DNA of 64,000 nt from Candidatus Babeliales bacterium. Its GTDB lineage: Bacteria > Babelota > Babeliae > Babelales > RVW-14. Positions 35,542 through 41,292 of the stretch are shown here, piece by piece. Positions within the stretch are counted from its first letter, which is position 1. Every line of letters begins with the position of its first letter. A program made the translations under genes and the position numbers. Location: contig JBAZHB010000003.1 of assembly GCA_041652535.1 (NCBI GenBank), positions 573 through 64,572 of the forward strand. The letters run 5' to 3'. A model generated the notes under the pieces. It was not told the DNA's origin. It was given only the letters and a program-made list of their open reading frames with translations, and made no database searches.

Positions 35542-35844
35542 TTACGGTTTCCCCGTAACGATGAGATTTCTGATGCTGTTCAGTTGGTTTATCGCCAGCC
35601 GCACTTCACACTTTTCAGGGTATTTCTTGCCGAGATTGGTGAAGTCCTCGACGTTCTGCGCTGCGTAGAGTTTACAGTGGAAACAGTCGTGAAATTCTTT
35701 GTTCGTCTTGAAACTCTCACATGAAACGTCGGAGAAAGCCTTCTCTAACGCCATTGCGCTCTCATTGGCTAACCGAGCGAGGTATTCTTCGTCGTTCTCT
35801 TGTCGTGACTGCACGACTTTTATCGTCTGTCTTTCGTAGTTCAT
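35542..35844 (-). CDS. Hypothetical protein (100 aa); paralogue of 31460-31738
   Basis: ORF track. Shared ENDxE[FY]xAR and DCxxCK[ML]Y motifs. Confidence 0.5.
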   Translation of the reverse strand: MNYERQTIKVVQSRQENDEEYLARLANESAMALEKAFSDVSCESFKTNKEFHDCFHCKLYAAQNVEDFTNLGKKYPEKCEVRLAINQLNSIRNLIVTGKP

Positions 35845-35933
35845 GGTAACACCATAATTATACCGAGTAGTCCGAACGCGATACTGATTGTCGAGATTGA
35901 CACAATTGCATTGAACGTGGTTTGATACTTCAT
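35841..35933 (-). CDS. Membrane mini-protein (30 aa)
   Basis: MKYQTTFNAIVSISTISIAFGLLGIIMVLP. ATGA coupling. Confidence 0.3.
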   Translation of the reverse strand: MKYQTTFNAIVSISTISIAFGLLGIIMVLP

Positions 35934-35958
35934 GTTTTAACCTTCCAGCAACCCTTTA

Positions 35959-36120
35959 TTACGCTCTGCGAGAAATGGTCGGCAGTATTCTGCATGGATA
36001 CGCTATGGCAAAGAATGAACGTATGAGCATCTGCGACGCGCATACGAAGATGGTCGATAGTGCCACAGAGATTAAAACGACGTAGCCGATACAGGCCACG
36101 ACGAGAATCACGTCTATCAT
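35959..36120 (-). CDS. Membrane mini-protein (53 aa)
   Basis: MIDVILVVACIGYVVLISVALSTIFVCASQ... ATGA overlap with the upstream stop. Confidence 0.35.
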   Translation of the reverse strand: MIDVILVVACIGYVVLISVALSTIFVCASQMLIRSFFAIAYPCRILPTISRRA

Positions 36121-36266
36121 GGGATTTCCTTCACGCTTATCGTCAGTTGAATGTGCTTACCCTCGTGACGTGCGATGAGTTCACCGAAAGAAAGAGAACC
36201 CGCGTCGTAGACTAACGACGGCAGTTCTCCGTATTTCTCGACTTTCCCACGTATGCTGACGGGCAT
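36117..36266 (-). CDS. Hypothetical protein (49 aa)
   Basis: Internal ATG 36266 lies 1 nt after the upstream stop. Confidence 0.4.
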   Translation of the reverse strand: MPVSIRGKVEKYGELPSLVYDAGSLSFGELIARHEGKHIQLTISVKEIP

Positions 36267-36267
36267 G

Positions 36268-36630
36268 TTAATGCTCCGACGGGAGGATGATAATGCCGCC
36301 CTCAACCCATACCGAGAACTCGCCTTCAGGGAAGTCCGTCATTGAATACGACTGTTTGTAGAGGAGATTGTCGTTGCCATCCTCGATGTATGACGTTGCT
36401 TTCCCGCCTTTGACGACGAGTTTCCAGACCTGAAAGTTGTGTGCGCGCACCTTCGGCTTCATGCGAGCGACGACGCTCATATCCGAAATCCACCAATGAC
36501 ACGAGGCTATCTCGATAAGGTCGGCAACTCCGTCTGTATGTGGCAGACAGAATCCGTTGCGGTGATACTGCGTCGTTCCGATGTGTCCTCGAAGCGCCGC
36601 CTTAAGTTCGTCAGTATTTTTGAATTGCAT
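36268..36630 (-). CDS. DUF6876-like protein (plasmid/phage leading-region family)
   Basis: GTTQYHRNGF..HTDGVADLIEIASCHWWISD pattern, by recollection. Confidence 0.5.
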   Translation of the reverse strand: MQFKNTDELKAALRGHIGTTQYHRNGFCLPHTDGVADLIEIASCHWWISDMSVVARMKPKVRAHNFQVWKLVVKGGKATSYIEDGNDNLLYKQSYSMTDFPEGEFSVWVEGGIIILPSEH

Positions 36631-36651
36631 AATACTACTTCTCCTTATTAG

Positions 36652-36659
36652 TATTTAAA
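36652..36659 (-). promoter_or_regulatory. TTTAAATA box
   Basis: Lies 21 nt upstream of ATG 36630. Confidence 0.5.
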
Positions 36660-36668
36660 GCCATCGGC

Positions 36669-36971
36669 TTAATACAGTCCACCCTCGGTGGCTCCCATGA
36701 ATCCGCACGTCGGGCATACGAACTCTCCGTCGCCTTTGCGCGCTACGTCCTCGTCAGTTTCCGTCTTACAGTTCGGGCATATGAGGAAAAGTTTCCCCGT
36801 TAATACACCTGGGTTCGGTGTTCCTGCTGTCGCTATGCCGTCACCGACCTTTAGAACGCTACCGCACGATGTGCATGTAGTGGTGTCGTCGGTGCTATCG
36901 TATTCCCCGTCTATTTCCTCGCCGCAGTTAGGGCAGTAATAGCGGAATACATCGGTAAAAGTTTTCTTCAT
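36669..36971 (-). CDS. Triple zinc-ribbon protein (100 aa)
   Basis: CPNCGE..CTSCGS, CPNCKT..CPTCGF. Start moved to MKKTF (ATG 36971). Confidence 0.5.
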   Translation of the reverse strand: MKKTFTDVFRYYCPNCGEEIDGEYDSTDDTTTCTSCGSVLKVGDGIATAGTPNPGVLTGKLFLICPNCKTETDEDVARKGDGEFVCPTCGFMGATEGGLY

Positions 36972-37047
36972 AAAATCCTTCTGCACTCGATGGTGCGACA
37001 CGTCGTAGAGGCATTGAACCTCTAAAAATAGGGAGCAATCTCCGACG

Positions 37048-37353
37048 TTACTCGTGGCGCTTGAACGTGAAGTTGTTCGCCTCAAGTTCCTTCTTGATAC
37101 GTCTGGCCTCGTCGATGAGCGTGTTGAACGAACAATGTCCGTCGTAGATGCAGTTGTCGCAACGAACGCCAGCGCATACACAGCCCGACGATATTACTTC
37201 GAGTGCGGCGTAGAATTTGTTGTCCTCGATACGCTTGAGGATAATCTCTGCGTCGGTGATAGCGACTGTGTTATCCCGTATTTCTGCTCGCAATACATCG
37301 TTCTTCGCCTTTCTCTCGGCGACAAACGCAGTTAACTCTTTGACTCTCGACAT
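37048..37353 (-). CDS. Hypothetical protein (101 aa)
   Basis: ORF track. Confidence 0.5.
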   Translation of the reverse strand: MSRVKELTAFVAERKAKNDVLRAEIRDNTVAITDAEIILKRIEDNKFYAALEVISSGCVCAGVRCDNCIYDGHCSFNTLIDEARRIKKELEANNFTFKRHE

Positions 37354-37361
37354 GATTCACC

Positions 37362-37622
37362 TTAACAAGTGGTTTCGCTCTGGACGAGTACAGACGTTGA
37401 CTCACCCGCGTCCATTGGGAAGCCGAGTTCTTTTGGCACGTCGTCGTACATCTCAACACCCATCTCGGTGGAGATACGGCAGATGAGAGCAATACGCTTG
37501 CCATGCGCGTCTACTGCCTCGACGGCAACGGAGTTCTTATAGGTCGATGCCTCAACGAGCCGAAGGAAGAATGGTAACTGCTGCTTCGGCGTTGCTTTAG
37601 TGAATATTCCTTTGAGTTTCAT
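37362..37622 (-). CDS. Hypothetical protein (86 aa); first gene of the leftward arm
   Basis: Internal ATG 37622 follows GAGGA. Confidence 0.45.
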   Translation of the reverse strand: MKLKGIFTKATPKQQLPFFLRLVEASTYKNSVAVEAVDAHGKRIALICRISTEMGVEMYDDVPKELGFPMDAGESTSVLVQSETTC

Positions 37623-37704
37623 GATATTACCTGTCCTCGGTGATACGAGGTAGACGAACGTGTGGATATGAACCACTTAAGACGAATACGCTATACGCGT
37701 TCGT

Positions 37705-37736
37705 TTAATATATAATATATATTACGCGCGTTCTGA
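37705..37736. repeat. Left copy of an imperfect inverted repeat (AT-rich box + CGCGCG + TTCTG)
   Basis: TTAATATATAATATATATTACGCGCGTTCTGA. Partner lies at 40739-40773. Confidence 0.6.
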
Positions 37737-37752
37737 CAACGAGGTGAAATTT

Positions 37753-37950
37753 ATGGTATGGTTTGAGGGTTGGTTGATTTTGATGCTGCTTTTTTACGTC
37801 GAACATCGACTGACACCCACCAAAATCCCAAACCTACGCATATGCAAACCCATGTGGCATAAATTGGAACGTGCAGAAGGCTTAATTTGTCGAAAGAAAC
37901 CGTTAAAAACCTTTGAATACCACCATTTCCTGTGCAAATATGCCGATTAA
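37753..37950 (+). CDS. Possible small membrane protein (65 aa)
   Basis: GAGGTGA lies 5 nt before ATG 37753. N-terminal WFEGWLILMLLFYV. It is an isolated plus-strand ORF in the control region. Confidence 0.25.
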   Translation: MVWFEGWLILMLLFYVEHRLTPTKIPNLRICKPMWHKLERAEGLICRKKPLKTFEYHHFLCKYAD

Positions 37951-38133
37951 TCTGCGTTTATTTCGCAAATCTAACCGTTTTTCACGCTTTAAATTTTTAA
38001 GCGGGTAACGTGCGTTTAATGCTCAAAATCGCGTTTATAACGGTAGAGATTTCTACACGTCGATGCAACGCCCTTTGAGTAATGCCACTCCGAGGAACGA
38101 ACCTCGTAGAATTGACGCTTCAAAAGTGGTAGT

Positions 38134-38146
38134 TTTCCAGTGGAAA
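38134..38146. promoter_or_regulatory. ORB-like dyad TTTCCAGTGGAAA (candidate Orc1/Cdc6 origin recognition box)
   Basis: Matches the TCCAGTGGAAA core of archaeal ORB elements as I recall them. The dyad loop is too short for a hairpin. Confidence 0.4.
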
Positions 38147-38149
38147 TGC

Positions 38150-38461
38150 TTAAATCTCAATCACGTCTGGTAGCCTCGAAGAAATCGTGGACTTTTTTGT
38201 TAATGCTTTTTGATTAACTACGGTTGCTTTGCACTTCTCTGCGCCTTTTAAGCGACTGACGTGATGCGCGCATACACGCTTCGGCTTTACTACGTCGATT
38301 GTGACGTTCTCATAGGCGACAGTTTCGTCTTTTAACGTGATGCTCACGACGTTTCCGAGGTTAATCGCCCTCGAATTGAAGTAAACACGACTGTTTTTCA
38401 GACGATACGCATGACACTTGTATGTATCAAAGAGGGTTTTAATGACGATATACTGCGCCAT
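38150..38461 (-). CDS. Hypothetical protein (103 aa)
   Basis: ORF track. Coupled to two upstream mini-ORFs. Confidence 0.5.
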   Translation of the reverse strand: MAQYIVIKTLFDTYKCHAYRLKNSRVYFNSRAINLGNVVSITLKDETVAYENVTIDVVKPKRVCAHHVSRLKGAEKCKATVVNQKALTKKSTISSRLPDVIEI

Positions 38462-38592
38462 TAAAGCATCCCCGTTAATACGTCGAACTTTTTCACGCTC
38501 ATGTGCGCTATCGCGCTTTTTATGCGAGCCGCTACGCTATACGCCTGGGCCTGCGTTCGTACATCGTCTTTAAGAACGTCGAAGCGCTTCAT
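38461..38592 (-). CDS. Mini-protein (43 aa)
   Basis: MKRFDVLKDDVRTQAQAYSVAARIKSAIAHMSVKKFDVLTGML. TAATG and ATGA coupling. Confidence 0.35.
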   Translation of the reverse strand: MKRFDVLKDDVRTQAQAYSVAARIKSAIAHMSVKKFDVLTGML

Positions 38593-38765
38593 ATGTGAAC
38601 CATCCAGCCACCGAAGGCATTTGTGTCGAGCATCTCGTATGGCACGAGGATTTTGTTGGCGAGTCTGACGTATTTAACGTCGTTCAGTTCGACGATTTCC
38701 ATGACGATACTGCGCTCGTGAATGTTTAACTTCACAACGTCGTATTTCTGTGGTGTGTATTCCAT
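38589..38765 (-). CDS. Mini-protein (58 aa)
   Basis: MEYTPQKYDVVKLNIHERSIVMEIVELNDVKYVRLANKILVPYEMLDTNAFGGWMVHI. GAGGT lies 7 nt before the ATG. Confidence 0.45.
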   Translation of the reverse strand: MEYTPQKYDVVKLNIHERSIVMEIVELNDVKYVRLANKILVPYEMLDTNAFGGWMVHI

Positions 38766-38782
38766 GTTCTTACCTCTGCTAC

Positions 38783-38797
38783 GCCCTTATTAAGGGC
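38783..38797 (-). promoter_or_regulatory. Palindrome GCCCTTATTAAGGGC containing a TTAATAAG box
   Basis: The AT core lies about 20 nt upstream of ATG 38765. Confidence 0.3.
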
Positions 38798-39611
38798 TAC
38801 GAGAACACGACGTTTGACCGTCGCTGTTCCCCATAGTTGCTACGGAACGCTGCGCCCTTATAACACAATGCGCTCACACGCCGTAGATAAGTGAAAGAGA
38901 TTCATCCGTCGTTGGTTACGTCGCAGTCGAGATTGGGCAACGTCGTAACCGCTGACGGCAATTTGTTTCACGTCGTTCTGTCGGCGTTGCACCCACACTA
39001 CGATGTAATGTCCAGATGTCAAGGGCGATTTCAGACGTGTTCTCCGACGACATTCACGACGGTTCATACGAGGGAACGCATCTGGCACTCTCCTCATCTT
39101 CGTCGTTGCAGTCGTCAGCACATCGTTGTCGCCGATTGAGCCGACGGTTTACAGACGAGAGCGACGAAGCCACTGAAGGCTCACGAGATACAACGAAAGG
39201 TGTCTACGTCGAAACTCTGACGGCTCACTCCGCGCTGCTATCCGTTCTCACGGTAGACGGTGTTGGGTAGTTTACCCCGTCAGTTACCTCGACGCATTTG
39301 ATGCACCGCCTTTGTTCCCGTTGATTAACGCCTTAACCCCCCTGATTGACGATACAATCGCGGCATAGATTGTGTGCCGACTGTATCCCGAAGGCTTCGA
39401 CGTTGCTCACGAGGGTGTCCGAAGATAACAAGGATGCCACCCGACGAGAACTCCGACGGCTTTCACGACGCATCTCTCGTCGCTGTCGTCTGTTCCACCG
39501 ATTGCTTCGTCATACGAGAACCTCGGATTTGGGATTCATCTCGTATCCATCGCCGTTTTAACGGCAAACCCTTCGACGGTGGTGAACCGTCTTATCCGTC
39601 GTCGGAAAGGG

Positions 39612-39767
39612 TTATGCGAGGATAAGTGCTTCCTCGGTGCAGTAGTGCAGATTCATGCTGTCGTCGGCTATTACGACGAGGGTTGGTATGCGAGGGCTGT
39701 AACCTATGACGGTAGCCATCTCGGTAGCCATGTAGATTACCCTCTGTCCTGCGACGTATGGTTCCAT
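39612..39767 (-). CDS. Mini-protein (51 aa)
   Basis: MEPYVAGQRVIYMATEMATVIGYSPRIPTLVVIADDSMNLHYCTEEALILA. AGGGTG lies before the ATG. Confidence 0.4.
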   Translation of the reverse strand: MEPYVAGQRVIYMATEMATVIGYSPRIPTLVVIADDSMNLHYCTEEALILA

Positions 39768-39770
39768 TGC

Positions 39771-39968
39771 TTACACCCTCTGTGCCATTGTGCAGCGAAC
39801 ATCTACCTTCTGTCCACGCTCATACTGCCTTACTGCGGCAGTCGTCATTAGGTTGCTCATACACTGTGCGCGTTCTGTTATCGACGTGCAGAGAACTACA
39901 CTCCGAGGGAGAACGACGTATTTGCTCTCGTTGCTGTTCGTTTTTGGGCTTGCTTCGATTTTTTGCAT
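39771..39968 (-). CDS. Hypothetical protein (65 aa)
   Basis: ORF track. A TTTAAATA box lies exactly 21 nt upstream of its ATG. Confidence 0.45.
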   Translation of the reverse strand: MQKIEASPKTNSNESKYVVLPRSVVLCTSITERAQCMSNLMTTAAVRQYERGQKVDVRCTMAQRV

Positions 39969-39989
39969 GATGGAACATCGACTCCCAAG

Positions 39990-39997
39990 TATTTAAA
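39990..39997 (-). promoter_or_regulatory. TTTAAATA box
   Basis: Lies 21 nt upstream of ATG 39968, the same spacing as at 36652 and 35461. Confidence 0.5.
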
Positions 39998-39999
39998 CC

Positions 40000-40380
40000 T
40001 TTCGCTCTGACGAGAAACACGTCGGTGACGTCTGACCTCACGAGAGAGCCATCGACCTGCCCATCGTCCTTCTTCTCCCCGAACATCGACGTGACCTCCG
40101 AGGTGTTCAGGCGTGGAGTGCCTTGCCCTCCCACGTCGTACCAGACGAGCCACACGTCAGTAGCCACCTCGACCCATCGACGTGAGCGCACCACCCCGCC
40201 CGCACCGTCGAAGAATCGAACGCGAAGGCACACGTCAGTGTCACCCCGAAGCCAACGTCAGTGTCCGAGGTGCGTCCTCTACGCGCACATCTACGCTATG
40301 CCTATGCGCATACGTCACATCTATGTGCCTACGAGTGTGTTATTACGTGCTACGAGCATACGTGTGTGTTACTTATGGGT
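40000..40380. repeat. ORF-free block of degenerate direct repeats
   Basis: GACGT(CT)GACCTC(A)CGAG at 40027 and 40088. (CAC)ACGTCAGTG at 40151, 40229 and 40254. CACATCTAyG..TGCCTAyG at 40286 and 40316. CTACGAG at 40329 and 40350. Confidence 0.55.
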
Positions 40381-40430
40381 GTTACTACCAACTATGGCGT
40401 ATGGCTTTCTCTTATTAGTAAGGTCCTGGA

Positions 40431-40467
40431 GATAAGTATATATAGTATAAGTATTAGTATATCAATC
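40431..40467. other. AT-rich AGTATA-repeat tract (candidate DNA-unwinding element)
   Basis: GATAAGTATATATAGTATAAGTATTAGTATATCAATC. Confidence 0.35.
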
Positions 40468-40480
40468 TTTCTATCCTTCT

Positions 40481-40518
40481 ATCAGACGAGAACATAGACG
40501 AACATCAGACGAGAACAT
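40481..40518. repeat. Tandem 15-nt iteron ATCAGACGAGAACAT x2 (23-bp period)
   Basis: Exact copies at 40481-40495 and 40504-40518. Confidence 0.6.
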
Positions 40519-40738
40519 CGACGTTACTTTCCTCTTGCTTATCTACCTTTGGGCATAAGTATTTATACCAGGACTTACTTACTTATGTGTATATAAGGCT
40601 TACGGCGAAAAATCAGGCCTGATAGGCGGCTTACATATAAAAGCAGCCACTTACGCAAAATTTTTCAGAAATTTCAACTCTCGTCCTCGTAGACCTATCG
40701 CATTTTAGTGATACCTTTATATACCTATCAGTGATAAT

Positions 40739-40773
40739 CAGAACGCACACGCGCGAATATATTATATATTATT
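40739..40773. repeat. Right copy of the imperfect inverted repeat
   Basis: CAGAACGCACACGCGCGAATATATTATATATTATT. Its reverse complement aligns to 37705-37736. Confidence 0.6.
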
Positions 40774-40880
40774 CAGTGTTTCCTCGATCCAATTACTAAA
40801 ATGCCTCAATTTAGTTCTCATTAGTAGTCCTTCGGACAAATTTCATGTACGGACTTTCTATCATAGTATTAACCAATCTC

Positions 40881-40888
40881 TATAAATG
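40881..40888 (+). promoter_or_regulatory. TATAAATG box upstream of the structural arm
   Basis: Lies 32 nt before ATG 40921. AAGGAA SD lies in between. Confidence 0.3.
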
Positions 40889-40920
40889 CAGAGAAAAACC
40901 TTACATATTAAGGAATTACT

Positions 40921-41292
40921 ATGACCGAATTCACATGCAAAGCCTGTATCCACGCCGGAGAACCGCACACTTTTGGCGACTCCGAAGTTGTAGAGTGCAG
41001 ATGCGCAGCAGTTACCATCAGCGGATTTCCTATCGTCAGAGCCGACTCATGGTGTACGCCGGGCAAACACGACTCGGTTGCGAACAATGGCGCTTCTGGT
41101 GAGGAAATGGTTGATGAGGGCGAAGAATCAATGCACCCTGGCGACTACATAACCATGAACAATGGCGATGGTTCCTCAACTGTGCTACACGTTCCGACGA
41201 CAATCATGAATCTGCACAGCAAAGTTAAGACGCTCGAACACGAAGTCGAACATTTAAGGAGCCGATCCCTGTGGCATCTAATAAAGCGCTGA
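40921..41292 (+). CDS. Hypothetical protein (123 aa); first gene of the rightward arm
   Basis: ORF track. Confidence 0.55.
   Translation: MTEFTCKACIHAGEPHTFGDSEVVECRCAAVTISGFPIVRADSWCTPGKHDSVANNGASGEEMVDEGEESMHPGDYITMNNGDGSSTVLHVPTTIMNLHSKVKTLEHEVEHLRSRSLWHLIKR

Noticed and set aside
38858-39625. Track ORFs 38858-39121 (-), 38891-39139 (+), 39016-39270 (+), 39346-39561 (+) and 39374-39625 (+)
   Set aside because: They have the same low-complexity Arg/Ser character and overlap on both strands. Same-frame pieces are separated by TAG, TGA and TAA together, so stop-codon reassignment cannot join them.
39820-40435. Track ORFs 39820-40233 (-, 137 aa), 39896-40153 (-), 40025-40435 (+, 136 aa), 40182-40418 (+) and 40261-40497 (+)
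   Set aside because: They are mutually antisense and overlapping. They are Arg/Ser/Pro/Thr-rich, as expected from translating CG-rich repeats. They have no SD or TATA context, and they run across the direct-repeat block.
37705-40773. Inverted-repeat-bounded 3-kb segment, considered as a transposon or insertion sequence
   Set aside because: No transposase, integrase or recombinase-like ORF lies inside. No target-site duplication flanks the repeats. The repeats face outward like promoters. An invertible-segment reading is kept only as an alternative in the findings.
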